Assembly: GCA_030591585.1 (NCBI GenBank)
Contig: JAUVAS010000006.1
Coordinates: 1,714-65,713 of the forward strand
Length of the DNA: 64,000 nt
Direction of reading: 5' to 3'
Source of the DNA: Flavobacterium sp.
GTDB taxonomy: Bacteria; Bacteroidota; Bacteroidia; Flavobacteriales; Flavobacteriaceae
The notes under the pieces are model-generated. The model ran no database searches. It was not told where the DNA came from and saw nothing but the letters and a program-made list of their open reading frames with translations. The position numbers and the translations under genes were made by a program. Positions 27,228-37,700 of the stretch are shown here, piece after piece (positions within the stretch are counted from its first letter, which is position 1; each line of letters begins with the position of its first letter).

Positions 27228-28538
27228 ATGCTCAAAAACATAAACCAACATATAAACAGTAACTTCTCTTTCTTACAAGAAGAAAGACTCCTTATCGCAT
27301 GTAGTGGAGGACTGGATAGTGTAGTACTTTCCAGACTGTTAAAAGAGTTGAAATTTAATATTTCATTAGCACATTGTAATTTCTCCTTACGTGGAAAAGA
27401 AAGTGATGGTGATGAAAAATTTGTAGTAGCATTAGCAGACAAATTATCAATTCCAGTTTTTACGAAAATATTTGATACAAAGCAATACGCAAAAGAATTG
27501 AAGATATCCACACAAATGGCTGCTAGAAATTTGCGATATACTTGGTTTGAGGAATTAATCCAACAACATTCGTTCGATTATTTACTAACGGCACACCATT
27601 TAGATGATGATTTAGAGACGTTTTTCATTAATCTTTCCAGAGGAACGGGATTGCGAGGGCTAACCGGGATTCCTGATGTTAATGAGAAAATTGTTCGGCC
27701 TTTATTAGCTTTTTCAAGAGAAGAAATTCTTGCGTATGCTCAAGAAAAAAATATTTCTTGGCGAGAAGATAGTAGCAATGCTAAAGCTGATTACCTTCGG
27801 AATAAATTGAGATTAGAAGTCATTCCAAAATATAAAGAAGCGGCGGATACGGTTTTAAAAAACTTTCAACAAACTCAAAGACATCTGCAAGAAAGTCAAT
27901 TATTGATTGATGATTATATGATGTTGATTCAGAATTTAGTGATAACGAAAGTCAATGATGGGTTTGAATTTAATATTAAAAAATTAGGAGAGCTTCCCAA
28001 TACAAGCGCACTTTTATACGAGCTGCTATCATCCTATGGATTCACAGCTTGGGAGGATATTTCAGAATTATTAACAGCACAAAGTGGAAAGCAAGTTTTT
28101 TCTAATACGCATCGTATTTTAAAAGATAGAGAAGTGTTGTTGTTGACTGAGATTATTTCCGACGTATCTATTGAAAAGACAATTATTTCCGAAGAAACAA
28201 AAGTGATTGAAGTCCCTATAAAACTACAGTTTGAAAAGGTTTCAAGTATTGAAGATCTAAATAAACACATTGTTTATTTAGACAATTTGAAACTCAAATA
28301 TTCATTAGAGTTACGAAAATGGAAAGAGGGAGATTATTTTTATCCCTTTGGAATGAAAGGAAAAAAGAAACTTAGTAAGTTTTTTAAAGATGAAAAGTTA
28401 TCTTTGGTTGCTAAAGAAAAAATTTGGGTATTGTGCTCTGAAAATGAAATAGTTTGGATTGTTGGAATGCGTTCAGATGAAAGGTTTAAAGTTGAAAATA
28501 CTACTCGAGAAATATTAAAAATCACCTACAAACAATAA
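27228..28538 (+). CDS. tilS: tRNA(Ile)-lysidine synthetase
   Basis: PP-loop ACSGGLDS, AHHLDDDLETFFINLSRGTG, and a C-terminal TilS substrate-binding domain (EGDYFYPFGMKGKKKLSKFFKDEK). Confidence 0.9.
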   Translation: MLKNINQHINSNFSFLQEERLLIACSGGLDSVVLSRLLKELKFNISLAHCNFSLRGKESDGDEKFVVALADKLSIPVFTKIFDTKQYAKELKISTQMAARNLRYTWFEELIQQHSFDYLLTAHHLDDDLETFFINLSRGTGLRGLTGIPDVNEKIVRPLLAFSREEILAYAQEKNISWREDSSNAKADYLRNKLRLEVIPKYKEAADTVLKNFQQTQRHLQESQLLIDDYMMLIQNLVITKVNDGFEFNIKKLGELPNTSALLYELLSSYGFTAWEDISELLTAQSGKQVFSNTHRILKDREVLLLTEIISDVSIEKTIISEETKVIEVPIKLQFEKVSSIEDLNKHIVYLDNLKLKYSLELRKWKEGDYFYPFGMKGKKKLSKFFKDEKLSLVAKEKIWVLCSENEIVWIVGMRSDERFKVENTTREILKITYKQ

Positions 28539-28542
28539 TAAG

Positions 28543-30603
28543 ATGAAGAAACTACTTTTTTTAATTTCCCTATTAGGAATTGTATTACCAACGCTTGCGC
28601 AAGATTTTACAACTATGGGCGGGCAATCTGCAGACATTAAAAACCCGTTAGTTTGGGAAGGAAGCATAAAAAAAAATAGTGATACCGAATATGAAATTTC
28701 AATAACAGGTTTTATTGATAAAGACTGGCATGTGTACTCACAACACACTCCTAATGAAGAAATAGGCCCCATTCCTTTAGAAATTACATTTTTAAATGCC
28801 GATACAGATTTTACTTTGGAAGGCTCTTTAGAGGAAAGTGAAACTCATAGAACTTATAGTGATGTATGGGGATTTGATGAGGTGTATTTTTCTGAAATCG
28901 TTGTTTTAACTCAAAAAATAATAGTAACCAATCCAGATACGAAAGTAATCAAGGCAAATCTTTTTTATCAAGTATGTATTGATGTTTGTTTAAATGAAGA
29001 GCGCTACATTGTTTTTGACCTTTCAGAAAATAAAGTGAAATTTATTGAGAATTACGATGATTTTGAGTCGTATGTAGCTAAGGAAAAATCAAAAACAGCG
29101 GTAGAAGAAACTAAAAAAGATGATACTACCGTAGATAATTCATCTGTTGAGGATTCTGAGAAAGATTCTGAAGCCAAAGGACTATGGACTATATTTTTCA
29201 TAGCATTTTTATCTGGTTTTGCAGCCTTGTTAACACCTTGTGTTTTTCCTATGATTCCGTTAACAGTAAGTTACTTTACTAAGCAAAGTAAAACTAAAGC
29301 TGCAGGAATTAAAAATGCAATCCTCTACGGAATTTTCATCATTATAATATATGTACTATTAGGCTCTGTAATTGTTGGCGTATTTGGGGCTGATTCCTTA
29401 AATGCACTGTCCACAAATGTGTGGTTTAATATTATATTCTTCTTATTATTAGTGGTGTTTGCAGTTTCTTTTCTAGGTGCTTTTGAGATTACTTTACCAC
29501 AATCTTGGTCTAATAAAGTAGATAGCCAAGCAGATAGAGGTGGGATTATTGGAATCTTTTTTATGGCATTGGCTCTAGCAATTGTGTCTTTTTCTTGTAC
29601 GGGTCCTATTGTTGGAACGCTTTTAGTAGAATCGGCTTCAAAAGGAGGTATTGCACCTATCGTAGGGATGTTCGGTTTCTCATTAGCAATTGCATTACCT
29701 TTTGCATTGTTTGCAATGTTCCCTGGATGGATGAATTCACTTCCCAAATCTGGAGGATGGTTAAATACTGTAAAAGTGTTTTTAGGATTTTTAGAATTAG
29801 CTTTAGCATTTAAATTCCTTTCCAATGCAGATTTAGTATTGCAATTACATTGGTTAGAAAGAGAAATGTTTTTAGCAATTTGGATCGCAATATTTGGTGT
29901 GATGGCTTTGTATCTCTTCGGAAAAATAAAACTACCTCACGATGGTAATGATGAGCATATCTCAGTGGGTAGATTGTCTTTAGGATTGATAGTTTTAGCA
30001 TTTACTATCTATTTAATTCCAGGGCTTTGGGGAGCACCATTAAAATTAATAAGCGGATTCCCACCACCTTTAAATTATAGCGAAGCACCTTATGGAGTAG
30101 GTTTTACTAAATTGAGTAATGGTATTAATTCTTCTGAAAGCACATTGCCAGATGGTGCAGAATTGGGTCCACATGATATTATAGCATTTAATGATTATGA
30201 AAGGGGTTTAGCATATGCTAAAAAAGTTAATAAACCAATTTTATTAGATTTTACAGGCTATGCTTGTGTAAATTGCAGAAAGATGGAAGAACGAGTATGG
30301 GCGAGTCCTCATATTTTAGGTACTTTAAATAACGACATTGTGCTTATTTCATTATATGTTGATGATAAGCGCTCACTCCCAAAAGGTGAGCAATATACCA
30401 GTGAAACTACAGGAAAACGTATTAAATCTATTGGTAATAAGTGGAGTGATTTTCAAATTAAAAACTACCAAGCAAATGCACAACCTTATTATGTGTTGAT
30501 GGATTTAAACGAAAAAAACCTGATAGACCCAATTGGGTATACCCCAGATATAGATGAGTATAAAGAATGGCTTCAAAAAGGGATTGGTTCTTTTGAAAAA
30601 TAG
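28543..30603 (+). CDS. DsbD-family thiol:disulfide interchange protein (N-terminal DsbD-alpha-like + CcdA-type membrane core + thioredoxin domain)
   Basis: Signal peptide; membrane core with LTPCVFPMIPL and SFSCTGP cysteines; C-terminal thioredoxin fold with DFTGYACVNCRKME (CxxC). Confidence 0.85.
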   Translation: MKKLLFLISLLGIVLPTLAQDFTTMGGQSADIKNPLVWEGSIKKNSDTEYEISITGFIDKDWHVYSQHTPNEEIGPIPLEITFLNADTDFTLEGSLEESETHRTYSDVWGFDEVYFSEIVVLTQKIIVTNPDTKVIKANLFYQVCIDVCLNEERYIVFDLSENKVKFIENYDDFESYVAKEKSKTAVEETKKDDTTVDNSSVEDSEKDSEAKGLWTIFFIAFLSGFAALLTPCVFPMIPLTVSYFTKQSKTKAAGIKNAILYGIFIIIIYVLLGSVIVGVFGADSLNALSTNVWFNIIFFLLLVVFAVSFLGAFEITLPQSWSNKVDSQADRGGIIGIFFMALALAIVSFSCTGPIVGTLLVESASKGGIAPIVGMFGFSLAIALPFALFAMFPGWMNSLPKSGGWLNTVKVFLGFLELALAFKFLSNADLVLQLHWLEREMFLAIWIAIFGVMALYLFGKIKLPHDGNDEHISVGRLSLGLIVLAFTIYLIPGLWGAPLKLISGFPPPLNYSEAPYGVGFTKLSNGINSSESTLPDGAELGPHDIIAFNDYERGLAYAKKVNKPILLDFTGYACVNCRKMEERVWASPHILGTLNNDIVLISLYVDDKRSLPKGEQYTSETTGKRIKSIGNKWSDFQIKNYQANAQPYYVLMDLNEKNLIDPIGYTPDIDEYKEWLQKGIGSFEK

Positions 30604-30616
30604 CATTATAAAAAAA

Positions 30617-30643
30617 GCATCTCGATAATTATCGAGATGCTTT
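30617..30643 (+). terminator. Rho-independent terminator of the dsbD-like gene
   Basis: Perfect 10-bp stem gcatctcgat/atcgagatgc, loop aatt, followed by TTT. Confidence 0.75.
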
Positions 30644-30897
30644 CAACAAACCTAACTTAGTTAATTGTAATAAATCGTTTAACCTAAATTTTCTATCCCC
30701 ACAAAAAATATAGATCAATAAATTAACTATTTATACTACAAAGATAGATGAAGAGTTGTTATAAAACTATGCGTAGAAACACGTATTTTTAATATTTTAG
30801 TAAACAATTATGAAACTAGCATGTTAAAATTTTTTAGACCCAAGGAAATGACTAATAACGAACAGCATGTGACCGGTTTAATAAAATAATTTACCCA

Positions 30898-31884
30898 ATG
30901 GCAAAAGCAATAAAAAAAGTTGGAGTATTAACCAGTGGAGGAGATTCTCCAGGAATGAATGCAGCTATTCGTGCCGTAGTGCGTTCTTGTGCATATCATA
31001 ATTTAGAATGTGTTGGTATTTACAGAGGCTATGAAGGTTTAATAGAAGGGGATTTTGTTTCACTTAATGCTCGTTCTGTAAAAAACTTAATTAACAGAGG
31101 AGGAACTTTTTTGAAATCTGCAAGATCACCAGAATTTAGAACAAAAGAAGGTAGAAAATTAGCGATAGACCATTTAAAGAAAGCAAAAATAGATGCACTT
31201 GTTGTAATTGGAGGAGACGGAACATTTAGAGGAGCAATTGCATTAGGAGAAGAATTTAATTTTCCTATCATCGGACTCCCAGGAACTATAGATAACGATA
31301 TTAATGGCACCGATTTTACTATTGGTTACGATACTGCATTAAACACAGTAGTTGAAGCTATAGATAAGATTAGAGATACCGCCCATTCACATAACCGAAT
31401 ATTTTTAGTGGAAGTGATGGGAAGAGATGCAGGCGATATTGCTTTAAGTGCAGGTATTGGTTCTGGAGCTGAAGTGATTTTAATTCCTGAACAAAATATG
31501 GGAAGAGATCGTTTGGTAGCGTCTTTAAAGAGAAATAAAAAATCTGGGAAAACATCTAGCATTGTTGTGGTCTCTGAAGGGGATAAAGTAGGAAAAAACA
31601 TTTTTGAAGTTGCAGAATATATTGAAAACAACCTTGATGGATACGAAGTAAGAGTAACTGTTTTAGGACATGTGCAAAGGGGAGGGTCACCAAGTTGTAG
31701 GGATAGAGTATTTGCCAGCAGATTGGGGGTTAGCGCCATTGATGCCTTATTAAAAGGGGAGTCAAATGTAATGGTTGGAATTAAAGATAATAAAGTGGTA
31801 TCCGTGCCTTTTATAGAAACAATAGAGGGTGAAAATGAAATTGATACCGAATTAATAAGAGTGGCGGATATAACGTCTATTTAA
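30898..31884 (+). CDS. pfkA: ATP-dependent 6-phosphofructokinase
   Basis: VLTSGGDSPGMNAAIR, IGGDGTF, PGTIDNDI, MGRDAGDIAL and LGHVQRGG. Confidence 0.95.
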   Translation: MAKAIKKVGVLTSGGDSPGMNAAIRAVVRSCAYHNLECVGIYRGYEGLIEGDFVSLNARSVKNLINRGGTFLKSARSPEFRTKEGRKLAIDHLKKAKIDALVVIGGDGTFRGAIALGEEFNFPIIGLPGTIDNDINGTDFTIGYDTALNTVVEAIDKIRDTAHSHNRIFLVEVMGRDAGDIALSAGIGSGAEVILIPEQNMGRDRLVASLKRNKKSGKTSSIVVVSEGDKVGKNIFEVAEYIENNLDGYEVRVTVLGHVQRGGSPSCRDRVFASRLGVSAIDALLKGESNVMVGIKDNKVVSVPFIETIEGENEIDTELIRVADITSI

Positions 31885-31888
31885 AAAA

Positions 31889-32548
31889 ATGAAATATTTT
31901 ATAATAATTATAACACTTTTTACTTCTGTTTTGAGTTTTGGACAAAATTCTGAACTTGAATCAAAACCTGAAAAACAAAAACAGAGTAAAATAAGATTGA
32001 GTCCTTTTTTTTCTTATGATTTTAATTTAAGTAACGATATTTATCATCATAACTATGGAACAACATATTTTACCTATGAAAAAGTAAATTATAGGGTAGG
32101 TATCGATGTTGATTATTTTTTAAAGAAGAATATTTCAATAAGCTTAGGTGTGAATTACTCAAATAAAAATTATGAATCTTGGTATAATTGTGAAGATTGT
32201 TTTAGCCCATTTTTTCAAGATATAAAATTACAATTTATAGATGTTCCTATATACGGTAGTTATCATATGAATTTTAATAAATTTAATTTTTTTGGCCAAA
32301 TTGGAGTAGTTAATCATTTTACAATAAAGCGTGAAGTTCATTTTAACAATCAAGAAGTTATTTTAGAAAATATTAATAAATACTATTTAAGTGGGAAAAT
32401 TGGATTAGGCGCAAGTTATCCGATTACAAATAAGCATCATTTATTTGTTCTTACAGATTATACAACAGGATTTACAGATATTTTTGGTAACGAAGATTAT
32501 AAAATTAAAACTTTAGGAATTAGAATGGGAATTCAATTCCTATTATAA
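31889..32548 (+). CDS. Outer-membrane beta-barrel (porin-family) protein
   Basis: Signal peptide (FTSVLSFGQN), 219 aa. Alternating aromatic/hydrophobic beta-strand pattern and a terminal strand LGIRMGIQFLL. The call is structural only. Confidence 0.5.
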   Translation: MKYFIIIITLFTSVLSFGQNSELESKPEKQKQSKIRLSPFFSYDFNLSNDIYHHNYGTTYFTYEKVNYRVGIDVDYFLKKNISISLGVNYSNKNYESWYNCEDCFSPFFQDIKLQFIDVPIYGSYHMNFNKFNFFGQIGVVNHFTIKREVHFNNQEVILENINKYYLSGKIGLGASYPITNKHHLFVLTDYTTGFTDIFGNEDYKIKTLGIRMGIQFLL

Positions 32549-32588
32549 ATAATAATTAATAAGATACCCGTTTTTACGGATAATAAAT

Positions 32589-33581
32589 ATGAAAAAAATA
32601 GGAATAAATGGCTTTGGCCGAATAGGAAGATTAGCGTTTAGAATTGCATCTCAGCATAGTGATGTTGAAGTAGTAGCGATTAACGATTTGTTAGATGTAG
32701 ACCAGTTAGCTTACTTGCTAAAATATGATTCGGTTCATGGAAAATATAAAGGAGAGATAACAGTTAATAATGGTGCTTTAATTGTCGATGGAAAAACAAT
32801 TAGAGTTACTTCAGAAAGAAATCCTGAAAATTTAAAATGGAATGAAGTTGATGTAGATATTGCAATTGACTGTACAGGTCTTTTTAAAGAATTAGACTCC
32901 GCTTCAGGGCATATAAAAGCTGGAGCAAAAAAAGTCGTGATTTCGGCACCTTCTAAAACAGCTCCTATGTTTGTAATGGGAGTGAATCACCTAGATGCAA
33001 CCGCAGACGATACTATTGTGTCTTGCGCATCTTGTACTACCAATTGTTTGGCACCTTTAGCAAAAATATTGAATGATAATTTTGAGATTGTAGAAGGTTT
33101 AATGACAACTGTCCATGCGGCTACATCTACGCAGTTAACGGTAGATGGTCTAGCAGGAGGGTATAGAAAAGGTAGAAGTGCTATTAATAACATTATTCCT
33201 ACTTCTACAGGAGCAGCCATTGCGGTTACCAAAGTAATTCCAGAATTAACAGGAAAACTTACAGGTATGGCTTTTAGGGTTCCTACGGCAGATGTTTCGG
33301 TGGTAGACTTAACGGTACGTGTAAAGAAATCAACAAACTTAGAAGAAATTAATCAACTTTTTAAAGAAGCTGCAGATGGTGCTTATAAAGGGGTTGTTCA
33401 GTATATTGATGATGAAGTAGTGTCTCAAGATTTTGTTTCAGAAACGCATTCGTGTAATTATGATTCTAAAGCGAGTATTGCTCTTAACGATAAATTCTTT
33501 AAGTTAGTGGCTTGGTATGATAATGAGTATGGTTATTCTTCAAAATTAATAGATTTAGCGGTACACATTTCTAATTTGTAG
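32589..33581 (+). CDS. gap: Type I glyceraldehyde-3-phosphate dehydrogenase
   Basis: INGFGRIGR, active site [19 protein letters not shown]. Confidence 0.95.
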   Translation: MKKIGINGFGRIGRLAFRIASQHSDVEVVAINDLLDVDQLAYLLKYDSVHGKYKGEITVNNGALIVDGKTIRVTSERNPENLKWNEVDVDIAIDCTGLFKELDSASGHIKAGAKKVVISAPSKTAPMFVMGVNHLDATADDTIVSCASCTTNCLAPLAKILNDNFEIVEGLMTTVHAATSTQLTVDGLAGGYRKGRSAINNIIPTSTGAAIAVTKVIPELTGKLTGMAFRVPTADVSVVDLTVRVKKSTNLEEINQLFKEAADGAYKGVVQYIDDEVVSQDFVSETHSCNYDSKASIALNDKFFKLVAWYDNEYGYSSKLIDLAVHISNL

Positions 33582-33584
33582 AAA

Positions 33585-34439
33585 ATGATTTTAATAGCGG
33601 ATGGTGGCTCCACAAAATGCGATTGGGTACTTCTAGATGAAAAAGGAGAAGTAGCTTTAAAAACTCGTACTGAAGGGTTAAATCCAGCCGTATTTCCTGA
33701 AGATGAATTATTAGAAAGAATACAATCAAATGTAGCGCTTCAAAAAATAGCCCAAACAGTTGATATTATAGATTTCTATGGAGCTGGTTGTGGAACAACT
33801 ACACCAAGTGCCATTTTAAAAAATGTAATTCAGCAACTATTTCCAAAGGCAGAAGTGACTATTAATGAAGATCTTTTTGCCGCAGTATATGCAGTTACTA
33901 CACAACCCGGGATAGTCTGTATATTAGGCACTGGCTCTAATAGTTGTTATTTTGATGGAAAAGAAATCCACTCTGCTACAGCATCCTTAGGCTATGTTTT
34001 AATGGATGAGGCTAGTGGAAATTATTTCGGAAAAAGACTTATTAGAGATTACTATTATAATAAAATGCCTTCAGAATTGGTTCAGAAATTTGAAGAAAGA
34101 TTTGAATTAGGTGCAGACAGTATAAAAATGAATCTTTATAAAAAATCGAATCCGAATACCTATCTAGCTTCCTTTGCCGAATTTATTTTCACCAGTGAAG
34201 AGGTAAATGGTTATTTTTACAAATTGATAAGTGAAGGGGTTTCAAAATTTATCGAATATCGAATTCTTTGTTATAAAGAAGCACAACAAGTACCCATTCA
34301 TTTTGTGGGTTCCATAGCGCATTTTTCTGAAGAGATTATTCGAGATTGTTTAAAACCGTACCACCTTGAATTAGGATCTATTGTAAGAAGACCCATAGAT
34401 GGCCTAATTGATTATTATAAAAATAATAAGCTGAAATAA
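33585..34439 (+). CDS. BadF/BadG/BcrA/BcrD-type ATPase (N-acetylglucosamine kinase-like)
   Basis: ASKHA-fold motifs ILIADGGSTKCDW and ILGTGSNS, 284 aa. It sits between gap and pgi. Confidence 0.6.
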   Translation: MILIADGGSTKCDWVLLDEKGEVALKTRTEGLNPAVFPEDELLERIQSNVALQKIAQTVDIIDFYGAGCGTTTPSAILKNVIQQLFPKAEVTINEDLFAAVYAVTTQPGIVCILGTGSNSCYFDGKEIHSATASLGYVLMDEASGNYFGKRLIRDYYYNKMPSELVQKFEERFELGADSIKMNLYKKSNPNTYLASFAEFIFTSEEVNGYFYKLISEGVSKFIEYRILCYKEAQQVPIHFVGSIAHFSEEIIRDCLKPYHLELGSIVRRPIDGLIDYYKNNKLK

Positions 34440-35936
34440 ATGAGTTTACCATCCATAAATCCAACAACTACCGAAGCTTGGAAAAAGTTAGAAAAACATT
34501 TTCTTGAAGTTAAGGAACTTCATATGATGGATTTATTTACTCAAGATGAAAGTAGATCTAGTAAAATGAAAATTTCGTGGAATGATTTTCAGCTAGATTT
34601 TTCAAAGAATAGAATTACAGAGGAGACCTTGTCTTTATTGCTTCAATTAGCTGATGAGGTTGATTTAAAAGAAGCGATACAACTTCAGTTTAACGGTGAT
34701 AAAATAAATCAAACAGAAGATAGAGCGGTGCTGCATACTTCCCTTCGTGATTTTACTTCAATGAAACCCGAAGTAAAAAGATCGCTTAAAAAAATGAAAA
34801 AGTTTTCCGAAGCTATCATTAAAGGAAAATGGAAAGGCTATTCAGGAAAACAAATAACCGATGTTGTAAATATTGGTATTGGGGGAAGTGATTTAGGACC
34901 AAAAATGGTATCAGATTCCCTTGCTTTTTATAAGAATCATTTAAAGGTTCATTATGTTTCTAATGTGGATGGAGATCATATTTTGGAAACAGTAAAAAAT
35001 TTAAACAGAGAGACCACTTTGTTTATTGTGGTTTCAAAAACATTTACCACGCAGGAAACACTTGCCAATGCAACAACCATTAAAGATTGGTTTTTAAAAG
35101 AAGCCACACAATTGGATATTGAAAAACACTTTGTGGCAGTTTCTACAAATTTAAGTGCTGCTACTTATTTTGGAATTTCAGAAGATAATATATTCCCTTT
35201 GTGGGATTGGGTAGGAGGTAGATTTTCTTTATGGAGCGCTGTTGGATTATCCATTTGTTGTTCGGTTGGATATTCAAATTTTGAGGAATTATTGAAGGGT
35301 GCTCATGAGATGGATACTCATTTTAAAGATTCAGAATTTTCAGAAAATATCCCTGTGGTTTTGGCCTTGCTTTCTATCTGGTATAACAATTTTTATAAGT
35401 CTGAAACCGAAGCGGTAATTCCCTACACACAATATTTAGAAAAGTTTGTGCCTTACCTTCAACAGGCTGTGATGGAAAGTAATGGAAAAGAAGTGGATAG
35501 AAACGGAAACTCAATAAACTACCAAACAGGAACTATTGTTTGGGGAAATGTGGGTACCAACGCGCAACATGCATTCTTTCAGTTATTACATCAAGGTACA
35601 AAAATGATTCCGGTAGATTTTATAGGTTTTTCTGAATCGTTACACGGAAACCAAAAACATCACTCCTTATTAATGGCAAATTTCTATACCCAATCTGAAG
35701 CTTTATTGCAAGGGACTTATAATGAAGAAATTAATGAAAGCTATAGCGTTTTTAAAGGAAACAAACCCTCTAATACAATTCTTATAAATCAACTAACTCC
35801 AAAAAACTTAGGAAGTCTGATTGCAATGTACGAGCATAAACTTTTTGTACAAGGTATTATCTGGAATGTTTTTAGTTATGACCAATGGGGAGTTGAGTTG
35901 GGTAAAAAACTGGCTGATAAAAAATTACTCTCTTAG
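34440..35936 (+). CDS. pgi: Glucose-6-phosphate isomerase
   Basis: Collinear with E. coli Pgi: NRITEETL, NIGIGGSDLGP, SKTFTTQET, WDWVGGRFSLWSAVG, ESNGK, GTNAQHAFFQLLHQGT, DQWGVELGK. Confidence 0.92.
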   Translation: MSLPSINPTTTEAWKKLEKHFLEVKELHMMDLFTQDESRSSKMKISWNDFQLDFSKNRITEETLSLLLQLADEVDLKEAIQLQFNGDKINQTEDRAVLHTSLRDFTSMKPEVKRSLKKMKKFSEAIIKGKWKGYSGKQITDVVNIGIGGSDLGPKMVSDSLAFYKNHLKVHYVSNVDGDHILETVKNLNRETTLFIVVSKTFTTQETLANATTIKDWFLKEATQLDIEKHFVAVSTNLSAATYFGISEDNIFPLWDWVGGRFSLWSAVGLSICCSVGYSNFEELLKGAHEMDTHFKDSEFSENIPVVLALLSIWYNNFYKSETEAVIPYTQYLEKFVPYLQQAVMESNGKEVDRNGNSINYQTGTIVWGNVGTNAQHAFFQLLHQGTKMIPVDFIGFSESLHGNQKHHSLLMANFYTQSEALLQGTYNEEINESYSVFKGNKPSNTILINQLTPKNLGSLIAMYEHKLFVQGIIWNVFSYDQWGVELGKKLADKKLLS

Positions 35937-36043
35937 TTCTCTTAACCTTTTTTTGATAAAGGCTGTTTTTGTGTTTATAGCATTCATAAAAAAGTACTAT
36001 CTTCAAACTTTCAATGACTCCCTAATTTTAATAACATGAATTT

Positions 36044-37585
36044 ATGCTTACAAAAGTGTACGGGAGTGCTGTGTTTGGTGTTGAAGCAAACACAATAACC
36101 GTTGAGGTTAATGTAGATAAAGGGGTAGGGTACCATTTGGTAGGATTGCCAGATAATGCCATTAGAGAAAGTAATTTTAGAATTGCTGCGGCACTACAAA
36201 ATAATGGTTATAAAATCCCAGGAAAAAAATTAATCCTCAATATGTCACCCGCAGATATGCGAAAGGAAGGCTCCGCCTATGACCTAACACTCGCTATGGG
36301 GATATTAGTGGCTACAGAACAGATTGAAGAAAAGAATCCGTTGAGCGACTATATTATTATGGGCGAACTTTCTTTAGACGGAAGTCTACAACCCATTCGA
36401 GGAGCTTTGCCAATTTCAATAAAAGCGAATGAAGAAGGGTTTAAAGGATTTATCTTACCAGAAATAAATGCCAAAGAAGCAGCCATTGTTGAAGGGATTA
36501 AAGTCTATGGTGTAAAAAGTATAAAAGAAGTAATCGATTTTTTTAATGAAGAAACTCCATTAGAACAAACCATTGTAGATATTGAAGCTGAATTCTACAA
36601 CCATTTAGAAACTCCAGAATTCGATTTTGCAGATGTAAAAGGTCAAGAATCCATTAAACGCTGTATGGAAATTGCAGCAGCTGGGGGTCATAATATTATA
36701 CTCATTGGGCCTCCTGGATCTGGAAAAACGATGTTAGCAAAGAGGCTGCCAAGTATTCTACCGCCAATGACTTTAGGTGAAGCTTTAGAAACCACAAAGA
36801 TTCATAGTGTGGCTGGACGTACCATGAAAAAAGGAGGTATTATGAGTTCGCGCCCATTTAGAAGCCCTCATCATACAATTTCGGACGTAGCCCTCGTTGG
36901 TGGGGGAGCTTACCCACAACCTGGAGAGATTTCCCTATCACATAATGGAGTTTTATTTTTAGATGAATTACCCGAATTTAAGCGAGGCGTACTCGAAGTA
37001 ATGCGACAGCCTTTAGAAGATAGGGAAGTCACCATTTCTAGAGCTAAATTTACAGTAACGTACCCTTCAAGTTTTATGTTGGTAGCGAGTATGAACCCAA
37101 GCCCCAGTGGTTATTTTAACGATCCCGACTCTCCAATGACTTCATCCCCAGCCGAAATGCAACGTTATTTAGGGAAGATTTCAGGACCTTTATTAGATCG
37201 TATCGATATTCATGTAGAAGTAACTCCTGTCCCTTTTGAAAAACTTAGTGAAGATCGTAGAGGAGAACTAAGTAATGTAATTAGAGAGCGTGTTACTAAA
37301 GCCAGAAAATTGCAATCAGCACGTTTCTCAGAATCTGAAACTGTTCATTATAATGCACAAATGGGAGTACAACAAATTAGAGCATTTTGTAAATTAGATG
37401 CGGTTTCATTAGATCTATTGAAAACTGCAATGGAACGCTTAAATCTTTCAGCAAGAGCCTATGACAGAATATTAAAAGTATCACGTACAATTGCCGATTT
37501 AGAAGCTTCTTTAGCTATTACTGGGGATCATATTTCCGAAGCAATACAGTATAGAAGTCTCGACAGAGATGGTTGGTTTGGATAA
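36044..37585 (+). CDS. comM: YifB/ComM family Mg-chelatase-like AAA+ ATPase
   Basis: N-terminal Lon-protease-like ChlI domain, Walker A GPPGSGKTMLAKRL, GVLFLDELPEF, C-terminal ARAYDRILKVSRTIADL. Confidence 0.9.
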   Translation: MLTKVYGSAVFGVEANTITVEVNVDKGVGYHLVGLPDNAIRESNFRIAAALQNNGYKIPGKKLILNMSPADMRKEGSAYDLTLAMGILVATEQIEEKNPLSDYIIMGELSLDGSLQPIRGALPISIKANEEGFKGFILPEINAKEAAIVEGIKVYGVKSIKEVIDFFNEETPLEQTIVDIEAEFYNHLETPEFDFADVKGQESIKRCMEIAAAGGHNIILIGPPGSGKTMLAKRLPSILPPMTLGEALETTKIHSVAGRTMKKGGIMSSRPFRSPHHTISDVALVGGGAYPQPGEISLSHNGVLFLDELPEFKRGVLEVMRQPLEDREVTISRAKFTVTYPSSFMLVASMNPSPSGYFNDPDSPMTSSPAEMQRYLGKISGPLLDRIDIHVEVTPVPFEKLSEDRRGELSNVIRERVTKARKLQSARFSESETVHYNAQMGVQQIRAFCKLDAVSLDLLKTAMERLNLSARAYDRILKVSRTIADLEASLAITGDHISEAIQYRSLDRDGWFG

Positions 37586-37700
37586 TAATTTATTAATTCT
37601 GAGAGATTATCTACAACAGGAATAATAGTGCTTATGTGTCACCAATAAGTATTTGGTAAAAAACTTTCACTAATATTGCAATCTGAAAAGTCATCATTTA

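Noticed and set aside
29325-29825. 166-aa ORF antisense to the dsbD-like gene, together with many other ORF-track entries lying inside longer genes on the opposite strand or in another frame (e.g. 437-697, 2194-2388, 2360-2632, 4168-4578, 7459-7698, 8746-9093, 10450-10647, 12208-12417, 13778-13969, 15965-16267, 18098-18280, 19272-19577, 22535-22924, 25397-25971, 27164-27511, 28034-28772, 31029-31739, 32987-33232, 45887-46218, 47751-48067, 49572-50657, 51624-51815, 52478-52681, 53490-53874, 56752-57792, 60793-60990, 61941-62165).
   Set aside because: These are shadow ORFs. Each is fully overlapped by a longer ORF with clear family motifs. Their translations are low-complexity or Ser/Ile/Phe-rich, as expected from reading AT-rich coding DNA out of frame.
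34440-35936. Possible C-terminally truncated pgi, because the product is shorter than E. coli Pgi.
   Set aside because: All catalytic blocks, including DQWGVELGK, are present, the internal differences are small deletions, and the stop is followed by a normal spacer. It is most likely a naturally shorter ortholog.
35821-36039. 72-aa ORF bridging the pgi 3' end and the spacer, and the 61-aa ORF at 23469-23654.
   Set aside because: They overlap a conserved gene end or an AT-rich spacer, have no motifs, and have a hydrophobic low-complexity composition typical of chance ORFs in AT-rich DNA.
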